From a virus, in IMG/VR virus record IMGVR_UViG_3300017971_000277, positions 1-64,000 of that record: DNA of 64,000 nt. One strand, given 5' to 3'. Below are positions 17,554 to 26,766 of this stretch, in pieces. Position 1 is the first letter of the stretch. Each line of letters opens with the position of its first letter. The translations under genes and the position numbers were made by a program. The notes beneath the pieces are model-generated. The model did not search any database and had not been told where the DNA came from. It was given only the letters and a program-made list of their open reading frames with translations.

Positions 17554-18473
17554 CACCAACTGCCGATCTGCTCGAGAACGCTTTCCAGTTCGTAGCGCTC
17601 AAGCTGCTGAATGAAGTTCTTGAGGTCTAGCTTCCGTTCGGTCAGCCAACCGTCGCAGATCTCCACGATCTGCTGAGGTGTGTATTCCACCTCGTGCCAA
17701 GCCTTTGGAAGCTGCATGAGTTTGAGGTTGCGCACGACGACATCGCTCATCTTCTGAGCTTTGAGGAAGTAGTTGCGCGTGCCGTTGAAGTCAGCATCCT
17801 CGGTGGCGACAAGCTTTCCCTTCTCGAGATAGGCGTAGCCGGCGATCGTTCCGGCACGCTTGCGTCCGACCTGCGGAATGCCTGGAATGTTGTCGCTACT
17901 GTCACCAGAAAGAGCCTTGGCGAGAGGAATCTTGCTCATTGAGCAGCAAAACGCCTCTTCAGCCATAGGCACGCTGACCTGGCCCTTCTTCGGATCGTGG
18001 ACCTCGATCCGCTCCCCAATGATCTGCCAGAAGTCGTGGTCGCCTGTGTAGACGACGACCGAATGCCTACCGTCGTCTACGATCAGGTGCGCGAGGACCG
18101 AAATGATGTCGTCGGCTTCGGTACCTGCCACCTTGATCTGCTTGACATCGGTGAAAGACAGGATCTCCTCGAGCGCGGAGAGTGTCTTCTGGTAGTCCTC
18201 CTTGTCCTTGCGCTCTTTCTCGTCCTTCGGCTCCTTGAGCGTGCGCCCACCCTTGTAGTCGGGGAACAGCTTCTCGCGGAAGGCTGCGCGTCCGTGGTCC
18301 CAAACGACCGCAGTGTGATGACCTGAGATGGCGAGGTTGTTCCGCAGCCAGGACAAGCTGCGCAAGAACCCAAGCAAGCCTCCGGTCGGAAACCCCTCAC
18401 TGCTATAGAGTTCCCGCGAAGCGTAGAAGCACCTGGCGCACAGGTTGTTGGCGTCGATGAGGAGGTATTTCAC
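17553..18473 (-). CDS. 5'-3' exonuclease / flap endonuclease
   Basis: LLIDANNL, FR...PDYKGGR, EADDII, TGDHD, GDSSDNIPGIPQVG motifs. GTG 18473 with GGAGG SD. Confidence 0.93.
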   Translation of the reverse strand: MKYLLIDANNLCARCFYASRELYSSEGFPTGGLLGFLRSLSWLRNNLAISGHHTAVVWDHGRAAFREKLFPDYKGGRTLKEPKDEKERKDKEDYQKTLSALEEILSFTDVKQIKVAGTEADDIISVLAHLIVDDGRHSVVVYTGDHDFWQIIGERIEVHDPKKGQVSVPMAEEAFCCSMSKIPLAKALSGDSSDNIPGIPQVGRKRAGTIAGYAYLEKGKLVATEDADFNGTRNYFLKAQKMSDVVVRNLKLMQLPKAWHEVEYTPQQIVEICDGWLTERKLDLKNFIQQLERYELESVLEQIGSW

Positions 18474-18760
18474 CCCTCCTCCGACCAAGCGTCAGGCCGC
18501 TTCGGCTTGGGTCCGATAGAGATGTCGAAGTAGCCGGCCTTCTTCTTGTGGTGGATCTTGGTGATGCCGCCAACCTCGCAGATCGAACGGGCTAGCTCTG
18601 CGAGCGTAATCGAGCTATCCGGTAGCAGAATCACCCTGCGCTGCCCGTCTACCTGCGCCACCAAGCAGATCTTGTTCGGTTGGTTGGCGATCACGGCAAC
18701 CGCCAACTCCGCGTCGTCACCGGACGCGTCGAAGATCTTGACTTCCTTCGGTTCGTTCAC
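18470..18760 (-). CDS. hypothetical protein
   Basis: 96-aa ORF with GTGA overlaps at both ends. Confidence 0.7.
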   Translation of the reverse strand: MNEPKEVKIFDASGDDAELAVAVIANQPNKICLVAQVDGQRRVILLPDSSITLAELARSICEVGGITKIHHKKKAGYFDISIGPKPKRPDAWSEEG

Positions 18761-18948
18761 TCGACCTCCTCGACGTTGAGTTCGTGAATCTCTGCGTCCT
18801 CTGCCTCACTCGAGCACTGGTGGCAGAGGAAGCAGCCGATCTCAAGCTCATCGAAAGCCTTCTGCTCGGCCTCCTCGGCGTTCGCAGCTTCGACCTCTCC
18901 GAGATACTTCGACCCCGTCACCACTCCGTAGACGCGATACTTCTTCAT
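18757..18948 (-). CDS. small hypothetical protein (MKKYRVYG...EVEAANAEEA)
   Basis: ATGA overlap with the primase stop; AGGAGG SD. Confidence 0.7.
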   Translation of the reverse strand: MKKYRVYGVVTGSKYLGEVEAANAEEAEQKAFDELEIGCFLCHQCSSEAEDAEIHELNVEEVE

Positions 18949-19931
18949 GCCATCCTCCTGATCTCCATCTCGGTCAGATCCCACTCCGTTTTGATTTGCA
19001 CGAGAGAGGATCGGAGAGCCGAACTGCACCATGCCGTTCCAAGGCTGTTTGGATCTTCCCGGTCGGGAATGGGTAGAACGAAGTTGCGGAACAACCCAAA
19101 GGTCTTGCGGATCGCTTTCTTCGTGCTTTCCCATGCGTCTCCATCCCACGCCCATATCAAGTCGGAAACGCCAAGCTCAAAGAGCGCAAGCACCTGACCG
19201 TCGTGCAGGTTTGAGCCGTAGGTTCCTACTGCGTTCTCGACACCAAAGAACGTCTCCGCGTCGAACACGCTTTCGGTGACGACGACTCTCGAGCTAGTCG
19301 GATCCCAACGCTTGCTGGTGTAGACCGTCTGCTCCGTTGGCATCCACGCTGGATAGAGCGTCTTCGGGCTCTGGCTTGGGGTCGTCGCCTTCGCCTCGAA
19401 TCCGTGGTCCTCGTCCAGAAACGAGCAAGGGATGATGACCCGTTCGAAGTAGTCGCTGTTTGCGTCGAGGCAGAGACTCGCAGACTGGATTAGGTGCGCT
19501 ACGCCTCGCGTCTCGAGCAGTTTGACCGACCGCTCTTCGGGTCCAAGATCCAGCAGTCTGAAGAGATCGTTTGGCAGTCGTGGTGCGACCTTCTCCTTGG
19601 GCTGCCACGCAGGCTCGGGGACTCCGGCCAACTCGTAGACCATGCGGAAAGCGTCGCGCCACTCGCATTGCTCCACGATTTTGATGAAGCGAAGAAGGTT
19701 GGCTCCCCCACTCCAGATGTCTCCACCATGACCACCCTCTCTGCACTTGAAGCAGTGGAATAGACCTCGACCGCGATCGATGCTCAACTTCTTCTTGGCC
19801 CGACACATCGGGCAGTCCGCGTAGATCTGCTGCCCGCCACGGTCGTAGACCGTGACGTGCCTACTCAGCCACCCCACCACCGGGAACTGGTCGATGGCGA
19901 GGTTTAGGGATTCACGAGATTCACGCATCAT
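18945..19931 (-). CDS. DnaG-type DNA primase
   Basis: CPMC...FHCFKC zinc finger; RVIIP, VVTESVFDA and WDGD TOPRIM motifs. Confidence 0.9.
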   Translation of the reverse strand: MMRESRESLNLAIDQFPVVGWLSRHVTVYDRGGQQIYADCPMCRAKKKLSIDRGRGLFHCFKCREGGHGGDIWSGGANLLRFIKIVEQCEWRDAFRMVYELAGVPEPAWQPKEKVAPRLPNDLFRLLDLGPEERSVKLLETRGVAHLIQSASLCLDANSDYFERVIIPCSFLDEDHGFEAKATTPSQSPKTLYPAWMPTEQTVYTSKRWDPTSSRVVVTESVFDAETFFGVENAVGTYGSNLHDGQVLALFELGVSDLIWAWDGDAWESTKKAIRKTFGLFRNFVLPIPDREDPNSLGTAWCSSALRSSLVQIKTEWDLTEMEIRRMA

Positions 19932-20643
19932 TATTACTCTGTCCCAAGGAGGTAGGCGAGTGCCCTTGCAGCCACGACCGGAACGACTCCATTTCCACAG
20001 AGCCGACGCCGATAGCTGTCCAGCCCTGGGGAATAGCCATCATCCACTCGCACCACGCTGCCGGGAGGTTCGTCACGCCAGGGAACAAATCCTGAAGGAG
20101 CGCATAGGCGGGCCACTTCCGCATACTTGGAGCGAGCGCATTCGCCTTGGCCGTAGGAGTAGGCAAGAAGCCACCTTCTGTTCCGCTCATGCGGCGCACC
20201 CAGCGCGGCGGCGGAAGCTTCGAGAATTGGGGTCGAGAGGTATCCTTCACGCCGCAGTTCTTCACGAAGCTGTTCCAACCGATCCCGGCTTCCTCCGACG
20301 TTTTCGATGAAAACGAGTGGGGATAGGCACTCGGCTGCGACCCGCACAACGTGAGGAAGGAGGTCTTCTGCGACCTTTCGGCCTCGAGAGGCTGTTGAGA
20401 AAGGCTGGCACGGCGCTCCCGCTGTCGTAATATCCACGACTCCAGCCCACTCCTTACCGTCGAAGGTTCTGAGGTCAGAGTGGATCGGAGCGGAGTCAAG
20501 AAAACCTTCGCCCATACGCGAGGCCAAGACCGCTGCCGCAGTAATTTCCCGTTCCACGTAGCAGACGGCATGGGAGGAAGATCCAAAGAGGAGTTTGAGC
20601 CCAAGCTCGATTCCTCCATACCCGGCACAAAGAGCCAAGACAT
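19921..20643 (-). CDS. C5-MTase beta chain (motif IX) encoded in an overlapping frame
   Basis: LPTPTA and NLPAAWCEWMMAIPQGWT (motif IX variant). ATG lies 4 nt after the alpha GTG. Confidence 0.8.
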   Translation of the reverse strand: MSWLFVPGMEESSLGSNSSLDLPPMPSATWNGKLLRQRSWPRVWAKVFLTPLRSTLTSEPSTVRSGLESWILRQRERRASLSQQPLEAERSQKTSFLTLCGSQPSAYPHSFSSKTSEEAGIGWNSFVKNCGVKDTSRPQFSKLPPPRWVRRMSGTEGGFLPTPTAKANALAPSMRKWPAYALLQDLFPGVTNLPAAWCEWMMAIPQGWTAIGVGSVEMESFRSWLQGHSPTSLGQSNNDA

Positions 20644-20647
20644 TCAC
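19934..20647 (-). CDS. C5-cytosine DNA methyltransferase, catalytic (alpha) chain lacking motif IX
   Basis: LCAGYGG (I), GAPCQPFS (IV), ENV (VI), HERNRRW (VIII), LCGNGV (X). GTG 20647 after AAGGAG. Confidence 0.88.
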   Translation of the reverse strand: MNVLALCAGYGGIELGLKLLFGSSSHAVCYVEREITAAAVLASRMGEGFLDSAPIHSDLRTFDGKEWAGVVDITTAGAPCQPFSTASRGRKVAEDLLPHVVRVAAECLSPLVFIENVGGSRDRLEQLREELRREGYLSTPILEASAAALGAPHERNRRWLLAYSYGQGECARSKYAEVARLCAPSGFVPWRDEPPGSVVRVDDGYSPGLDSYRRRLCGNGVVPVVAARALAYLLGTE

Positions 20648-20657
20648 GGTGCTCCTT

Positions 20658-22979
20658 TCAGGAGACTGCATGTTTGTAGAACGCTTGCCGCGCAAGATCG
20701 GACTTGATGGTGATGGTGCGTCGTGCGTTGGGGCGATTTCTTGCCTTGCTGATGAACAAGGTCGTCAGCCCTTCCGCGTGCTCCTTCTTGGTCCGGTTGA
20801 GAGAGATGATGATGTCGGCGATCTGGACCTTCGCGATCGAGCCGCCGATGTGCTCTTGGTCCGCTACTGTCGCCTCAGAGCCGCCGCGGTTTGCGTGAGC
20901 GCCTGTCCAAATGGACAACTCCTCCTCGACTGCCCATCCACGAACGTTGGTGTAGATCTCCTTGCCAGCCGCGTAAAGCTGATCGCCGCGAAACTGACCC
21001 TCTGGGGCTAACTCCTCAGCCTGGTCCAAGATGATGAGGTGGGGGTAGAAGTTCTCGGTGTTGCGGACGATCTCGAGGTGTCGCTTCAGGTCGCTGAGGC
21101 GCGTTGATCCACCAGGGAATTGCTTGATCCGCACGTCTCCACCGAAGCGGAACCAAGTCCGCATCGCCCTCGAGATCTCCGCCTCGTTGCTGAGTTGCTT
21201 CTTCGTCAGGCCAGCTACGCGTTGATCGATGCGGTCTTGGTAGTCTTCTTCGCTCTCCTCGAGCGTGTAGACCATGACCCGCTTTCCCTGCATCACAGCG
21301 GCTACGAGAAGGTGAACCATCGCAGTCGTGTTATGCGTGACGATGTGGTCGTCCGTCACGTATAGCCTGTCTGCTGCGGAGACAGAGATGCACTGCACCT
21401 CCTTCTCACCGACCAACTCAATGGACCTAACGAAGAGCTTCTTCTCCCGCACCTTCTTCAAGCGAACGCGAGAAGCTTTCCGCTCCAGCCAAAACGGGTT
21501 GTCCGTTAGACCAAAGAGGGTAACGCGGTAGGACTTGCGCCCATTTCGCTTCTCCCCGTTGTGTGTATAGGTCGTCGTGCGGCTTGCGATGGAAGCCTGC
21601 ATTCCCAGACCTCGAATCAGGTCTAGAACTTGCTCGGCTAGAACTTCGCTGGTGGTCGTCCATGTAGGAGTTCCTTCTTTCCCACACGTCCCATCCGAGT
21701 CCATGAGTCCACGCAAGAACTCAAGACGCTGCTCACGCGAAGCCACCAGATAGTCGTGTGGTGCGTGTTTCTCCCACGAGCGCTTCCCCGTAAGGCCGAG
21801 TTTGCGCAGTTGTTGCAGAAGCTCATTCGTATGCGGTCCGGAGTTCACGCACTCTGCGTTTGAGATACGCCAGTCCACGCCCTGAACCCATTTGATGCTT
21901 AGACCAACGGACGCGACATTGTCCTGCACCCGGTCAAGAACATCCTGATCCGGGTTTGAGAGTCGGATGCCGTCTTTCGCGATGTGTGCATCTCCGAGAA
22001 GAATACCCAAGAGCCACGGATCGATGGGTAATTCCCTCTCTCGCCCCCACTGACCGGAATGAACCGGGATGGTGATCGGTCGGCTGGACGAACGATCCAA
22101 CTTCTCTCGTATCTCGTCAGTAGAAAGAACCTTCACCTCTGTCCACGACGAGCGCTCAACCTGCCACAAGTGCTCGCCGCAGCACTCCGTGCTTCGACCG
22201 TCCGAAAACAGGACACGGTAGACCGGCTTCTTTCCTTGCGGAAACACTCCAGTTACCGCACTCAATCGACCATCCGTGGAAGCGACGACATCACCGACCT
22301 CGATGTCTCCCATCGTCTTCCATCCGTCGTCCGTAAGGATCTTGCTCGCTAGCGGCTGTGCTTTGCCGATACTCGAACGCTGCGAGAGGAGCACACCTAG
22401 CTCACCCGGCTTGATGCCATCGATCAGGCGATCTAGCTCTGGAATCAGAGTCCAGATCGACTCCTTGTGCTGCTCCTCTCTCCGCTTGATGCGTGCAGCA
22501 ACATCGCGCATCCCCTGTCCGAGAGAAAAGCTCCTCTCCGCCCGATAGACGACAAGCTCGTGAAGGATCTTCTCCGCATTCTCGAACTCACCCTGCTTGA
22601 TGTGCTTCGCGAGACTGGGAAGCCTGCGCTGGAACTTTTGGTTCCGAAAGAAGCGCGCATGGGCACGGAGAAGAAAACTACGGTTCTGAAGCTCAAGCGC
22701 GAAGATCCGATCGAGGTACTCCCGAATCGGACCTAGGTCGATCGTGTTGACCTTCTGGCCTAGACGCTCAAGCTCGGTGTAGATCAACTCCCCGGGAGGA
22801 GAGCCGTGCTCGAGCCCAAACGCCTGAGCGACACGAACGACTCTCTGCGCGTTGTCCGACGTGAAAAGCTCGGGGACAACGTCTTCGCGAACCTCCTGAT
22901 AGAAGGTGTTGTCGCGAAGGAAGTGCGAGACGTAGTGGCGCTGGAAGTGCTCGTCAAAGCCCCAGGTCTGCTGTTCCAT
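20658..22979 (-). CDS. DnaB-like replicative helicase containing an intein
   Basis: GIKPGELGVL..RSSIGK|intein|TTAMVH, YTLE, IILDQ, ADIIISL and KARN motifs. Confidence 0.9.
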   Translation of the reverse strand: MEQQTWGFDEHFQRHYVSHFLRDNTFYQEVREDVVPELFTSDNAQRVVRVAQAFGLEHGSPPGELIYTELERLGQKVNTIDLGPIREYLDRIFALELQNRSFLLRAHARFFRNQKFQRRLPSLAKHIKQGEFENAEKILHELVVYRAERSFSLGQGMRDVAARIKRREEQHKESIWTLIPELDRLIDGIKPGELGVLLSQRSSIGKAQPLASKILTDDGWKTMGDIEVGDVVASTDGRLSAVTGVFPQGKKPVYRVLFSDGRSTECCGEHLWQVERSSWTEVKVLSTDEIREKLDRSSSRPITIPVHSGQWGRERELPIDPWLLGILLGDAHIAKDGIRLSNPDQDVLDRVQDNVASVGLSIKWVQGVDWRISNAECVNSGPHTNELLQQLRKLGLTGKRSWEKHAPHDYLVASREQRLEFLRGLMDSDGTCGKEGTPTWTTTSEVLAEQVLDLIRGLGMQASIASRTTTYTHNGEKRNGRKSYRVTLFGLTDNPFWLERKASRVRLKKVREKKLFVRSIELVGEKEVQCISVSAADRLYVTDDHIVTHNTTAMVHLLVAAVMQGKRVMVYTLEESEEDYQDRIDQRVAGLTKKQLSNEAEISRAMRTWFRFGGDVRIKQFPGGSTRLSDLKRHLEIVRNTENFYPHLIILDQAEELAPEGQFRGDQLYAAGKEIYTNVRGWAVEEELSIWTGAHANRGGSEATVADQEHIGGSIAKVQIADIIISLNRTKKEHAEGLTTLFISKARNRPNARRTITIKSDLARQAFYKHAVS
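21330..22361 (-). mobile_element. 344-aa LAGLIDADG intein (Ala1, class 3-type) in the helicase P-loop
   Basis: AQPL start, HLW (block B), LLGILLGDA and FLRGLMDSDG, VQCISV (block F), VTHN|T end. Confidence 0.92.
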
Positions 22980-23010
22980 ATTTCTCGGTCTGCTTAGGTC
23001 TGCGGGTCAG

Positions 23011-23039
23011 ACTATACTGCCGCACCGACAGCGAAGCAA
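23011..23039 (-). promoter_or_regulatory. sigma70-type promoter for the replication operon
   Basis: TTGCTT-N17-TATAGT upstream of the helicase. Confidence 0.7.
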
Positions 23040-23070
23040 GTATCCTTCTAACTCTTAAAGGTGAAGCGAG

Positions 23071-23607
23071 ATGGGCAGAGAGAACTTCAGCGACAAAGAG
23101 GCACAGCGCTGCGATTGGCAGACCCCGCCTGAACTTCTCCAGCCGATTCGAAAGTATTTCGGTGGTCCGATTCCGCTCGACCCCGCTACCGCACCCGACA
23201 ACCCCACCGAAGCCTTGCTCTTCTACACGGAAGAGAACAACGGACTAGCGCAGGAGTGGAACTCGCCTTGGTTCTGCAACCCGCCATTCTCGACCGGGCT
23301 AAAGGACTGGCTCAAGAAGTTCCACGAGGAAAGCGTGACCTATGGTCGTCCTGGGATAGCCGTCCTTCCTTGCGGATCCGGCAGGCCAGGAACCCGTTAC
23401 TACTACGACCACTTCTGGGGATGCGACGAGATCGACATCATCTGCTGGGTCAAGGGCAGGATCAGCTTTCTTTTGCCGGACGGAACGCCTGGTCCACGGA
23501 ACAACTACCCCACCAAGATCGTCGGTTACTGCGTCGAGGATCCCGGCCATTTCGTCTCGTGCTTTGGGCACTTAGGGCGATGCACGGGAATCACGTTGCT
23601 CGACTAA
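23071..23607 (+). CDS. phage Dam-family DNA N6-adenine methyltransferase
   Basis: DWQTPPE, LDPA, NGLAQEW, WFCNPPFS and GRISF motifs. Confidence 0.88.
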   Translation: MGRENFSDKEAQRCDWQTPPELLQPIRKYFGGPIPLDPATAPDNPTEALLFYTEENNGLAQEWNSPWFCNPPFSTGLKDWLKKFHEESVTYGRPGIAVLPCGSGRPGTRYYYDHFWGCDEIDIICWVKGRISFLLPDGTPGPRNNYPTKIVGYCVEDPGHFVSCFGHLGRCTGITLLD

Positions 23608-23643
23608 AGTAGACATCCACGCTGCCCGATAAGGGCGTAGGAG

Positions 23644-23880
23644 GTGTCTATGAGCTTGCTTTCTTCGCCGCCCGAGTGGGCTTCGTGGTGGACCTACCGA
23701 CAGATCGCTGCGTTCTTTTCGGAGCAGCTTTCTCCGCTGACGATCTGCCAACTGATGGTGGCTCGAGCAGACTTCGAAGGTCGCGATCCGCTCGTCAGCC
23801 AGATGTGGCACAAGCTCGATTTCTGCGCGCAAGCCGAGATCGCTCAGGCTGTTTGCGAGTTCGAAGAGGATATGCCGTAG
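23644..23880 (+). CDS. hypothetical protein
   Basis: AGGAGG SD; start may be ATG 23650. Confidence 0.6.
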   Translation: MSMSLLSSPPEWASWWTYRQIAAFFSEQLSPLTICQLMVARADFEGRDPLVSQMWHKLDFCAQAEIAQAVCEFEEDMP

Positions 23881-23907
23881 GTTCTTACGAAAATTCTCGT
23901 TCTTGTC

Positions 23908-23936
23908 TTGCGTAGGTTTCAAACATTTAATACTGT
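23908..23936 (+). promoter_or_regulatory. sigma70-type promoter
   Basis: TTGCGT-N17-TACTGT followed by GGAGG SD. Confidence 0.6.
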
Positions 23937-23955
23937 TTGGAGCACGGAGGACGAA

Positions 23956-24225
23956 ATGACTGGACGAGACGTAGAATTCGAGAACTCGATCATCGCCGCG
24001 CATGGAGCAGCGACGTTCAATCTTGTCAGCATCGGGCATACGCTTGCACTCGCAGTAGCGGAAAACCCGAACCTACTAAACAACTTTCGGGTCGAGGACG
24101 CGCTTGAGACTGTTCGAAAGGCTCTGCTTGAGGAAGAGCGTCTGAGCCCGTTCGAGTCGAGGTTCGTCCGCGACTACCGGCAGAAGATCGAGACGATCCT
24201 CTACACGGGGGAGAGGGTCCTTTGA
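23956..24225 (+). CDS. hypothetical protein
   Basis: ATG 23956 with GGAGG SD. Confidence 0.7.
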   Translation: MTGRDVEFENSIIAAHGAATFNLVSIGHTLALAVAENPNLLNNFRVEDALETVRKALLEEERLSPFESRFVRDYRQKIETILYTGERVL

Positions 24226-24626
24226 AGACGAGAGAAGAGCTTCGCTGTGACTTCTGCCAGAAGTTCGGCCCTCGGTGGCAGTTCCCTGTCGAGCAGGAGC
24301 AGATCCATCTTGTCACCTACGTCGAAAACGACAGGCAGAAGAAGCACTACGCCCTAGGCTGCTGGTGCGCTTGCACACCGTGCTCGCAGTTGGTCATGCG
24401 CGGAAACATCCAGAGACTCGCTGAGAAGGCTGTAGACGGCATAATGGAGCGGAAGGGGGAGCACACGTTCCCGAAGCCTCTGATGGTCGAGGCGTTCAAG
24501 GGGATCATGGCGAAGCTGCTTGAGCACCTAGGGGAACGTGAGCCACTCCAAATCAAGGAGGGCTACGGAGACACCTATCATCTCGAGATCGACCCTAACG
24601 ACACCAACAACGCGGAGAACAACTAG
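24222..24626 (+). CDS. hypothetical protein with Cys pairs (CDFC...CTPC)
   Basis: 134-aa coupled ORF. Confidence 0.7.
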   Translation: MKTREELRCDFCQKFGPRWQFPVEQEQIHLVTYVENDRQKKHYALGCWCACTPCSQLVMRGNIQRLAEKAVDGIMERKGEHTFPKPLMVEAFKGIMAKLLEHLGEREPLQIKEGYGDTYHLEIDPNDTNNAENN

Positions 24627-24871
24627 TGAAGCAATTCAGCCTAGGGGAGCTTTTCAGCGACGAGGTCTTGCTTCGCGCTTACTGCATCGGCCCGAACTTC
24701 TACCAGCTTCTCGAGGAGATCGTGAAGCCACGCATGAGCGAGATCAACGAAGTCACGGGTCAGGAAAACGACCCGCACTACGTCACCCACGTCCTGATCC
24801 ACGCTCTCGGCGTCTACACCGTCGCGATGGCTGTCGAGAACGCGGAGAATCAGAACCCGGAGCTAAATTAG
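24626..24871 (+). CDS. hypothetical protein
   Basis: 81-aa coupled ORF. Confidence 0.65.
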   Translation: MKQFSLGELFSDEVLLRAYCIGPNFYQLLEEIVKPRMSEINEVTGQENDPHYVTHVLIHALGVYTVAMAVENAENQNPELN

Positions 24872-25315
24872 CCCCATGCGGGCTTTGATCCCCCCGCGGT
24901 CAGCGATCTCGGGACGGAGCACTTCAGCATAGAGACTCTGAAGCTCCTCGTCGGAGCGTTCGTCGGCACTGCCAACTTCCCCCCGGCTGCCGCGGATGAA
25001 ACCGGCGAGGAGCTTCTTATTTCGAAGCTGACCGACGTGCGGACAGAGCGGAGCAAGCTCCTCGAACGCGTGCTCGATGAACCCTCGCCAGTTGGCGTCA
25101 TCCCATCGCACGGTCCAGCCCTCGATCTCAAGCCAGGCTACAACCGTCCGCGCCTGCTTGAAGATCGCCCTCTTTCGGACATCTTCCGTCAGGTTGTGCG
25201 CCCACTCACGAAGAGCCTGGTAGCCTTTCTGGCCGGCTTCTCGTCGGCAATCCTCATATACCTTGATGAAAAGCAGGACGCGCTTCTCGTCGTCGCTAAA
25301 GCCGTCGAAGATCAC
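24863..25315 (-). CDS. hypothetical protein
   Basis: 150-aa ORF coupled to the helicase by GTGA. Confidence 0.7.
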   Translation of the reverse strand: MIFDGFSDDEKRVLLFIKVYEDCRREAGQKGYQALREWAHNLTEDVRKRAIFKQARTVVAWLEIEGWTVRWDDANWRGFIEHAFEELAPLCPHVGQLRNKKLLAGFIRGSRGEVGSADERSDEELQSLYAEVLRPEIADRGGIKARMGLI

Positions 25316-26760
25316 AGCGGATACTTCCGCCAGGGCAGGATCTCGTAGCCCTCTCGGTAGCCTTCCTGTTCAAGCGTGTTGAGGCGCTCAAGAGAGGCGG
25401 AAGCCAGAATCCGGTGCGTGGTATCGGAGAAGTCCACGTAGTCCACGTAGTCCTTCTCAGGGGCCGGCCTGAGCCCACGTCCAAGGATCTGCACGGTGAC
25501 GCGTCCAACTTCGTGAGCTACACCGCTCTTCTTTGATCCGCCGCCCTTCGTCCCTGTGGCGTTGATGATGGCTCGGATACCGGGAAGGTCTACACCCTCA
25601 CCCATGATCTCCCGCATCGCGATTACTGCATCGAGATCACCGGACCACAGGTTGCCGAGATGTTCGTCTCTAGCGTTCTGGCTGAGCTTGCCGTTGATGA
25701 AAGCCGTCTTGACCCCACCTTTGTCGAGTTGCTTCTTGAGCGCCTCTCCGTGCTTGATGCGATTCACCAGAATCAGCGTTGGCTTGTCCTCCTCCGCAAA
25801 CAGGCAGGCTGCTTGGAGGATCTTGCTGTTGCGAAACTCGTTCTGAACGACACCTCTTGAGTAGACGTGTGAGTAGGCATCGCTCTCGAACTTGGCTGAG
25901 TCCTTGGGGACTTTGACGATCCAGATACGTGGAGGCACGAGCTTCCCAAGCTCGATCAAGTCCCTAGTGGTCATGTTGAAGATCAGAGGTCCGGTCATGC
26001 CGATCAGACCAAGACCAGGCCCCTGGAAGCTTGGGGTCGCGGTCAACCCGAAACGGTAGAGGGCCGGAATCTGGTCGAAGATTCCGTGCCACTGCTTGCT
26101 CTCGAGGTGGTGGATCTCGTCTCCGATGACGACCTCGCAGGGTCCTAGAACCTTCTGCGTGCGTTTAGCGCGTTGGTGAGCATGAAGCGTCTGCACCATC
26201 GCGACGGTGACCTTCGCAGGTTCCCAAATACCGTCCCCTACACGTCCTACTACATCCCGCCCGAGCAACTCAGAGAGCACATCCGCAGTCTGGTGAAGCA
26301 GAGCCTTGCGGTGGGTGAGCCAGATCGCAGGACGGTCGTAGGAGGCCAGAATGGCTGCTCCTAGAACCGTCTTCCCTCCGCCAGTTGGAAGCTTGATGAC
26401 GCCACGACAGTTGGTGAGGGCTGCCTCGAGAGCCTCAGCCTGGTACTGGCGAAGCTCCTTGTCTCCCAGCTTGGTCACCCAGGTATCTGGGATCTCGACC
26501 TCGCGCTCGTCGTATAGCTCGTAGGGGAACTCAATCAGGTCGAGTTCCCGGCACACGTCCTCGAGAAAGCCAGTGGGGAAGTAGTAACAGCGACGGCTGT
26601 TGTCAAAAGAACGGAAGCGTTTGATCCCGTCCCAGTGCCCCTTCTTGTAGCTTTTGGCGAACCATCTTCCGTGGACCTTGTAGCTGGTCACGGAGTCGAT
26701 CGTCTTGGCAGGAAAAGCACCTTCGATGTAGGTGCGGGTCGGTCCAACGCGTAGCTTCAC
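25312..26760 (-). CDS. superfamily 2 DExH helicase (UvsW-like)
   Basis: LRQYQ, PTGGGKT, DEIH, GLTATP, EGVDLP and QILGRGLR motifs. Confidence 0.93.
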   Translation of the reverse strand: MKLRVGPTRTYIEGAFPAKTIDSVTSYKVHGRWFAKSYKKGHWDGIKRFRSFDNSRRCYYFPTGFLEDVCRELDLIEFPYELYDEREVEIPDTWVTKLGDKELRQYQAEALEAALTNCRGVIKLPTGGGKTVLGAAILASYDRPAIWLTHRKALLHQTADVLSELLGRDVVGRVGDGIWEPAKVTVAMVQTLHAHQRAKRTQKVLGPCEVVIGDEIHHLESKQWHGIFDQIPALYRFGLTATPSFQGPGLGLIGMTGPLIFNMTTRDLIELGKLVPPRIWIVKVPKDSAKFESDAYSHVYSRGVVQNEFRNSKILQAACLFAEEDKPTLILVNRIKHGEALKKQLDKGGVKTAFINGKLSQNARDEHLGNLWSGDLDAVIAMREIMGEGVDLPGIRAIINATGTKGGGSKKSGVAHEVGRVTVQILGRGLRPAPEKDYVDYVDFSDTTHRILASASLERLNTLEQEGYREGYEILPWRKYPL

Positions 26761-26766
26761 GCGTCA

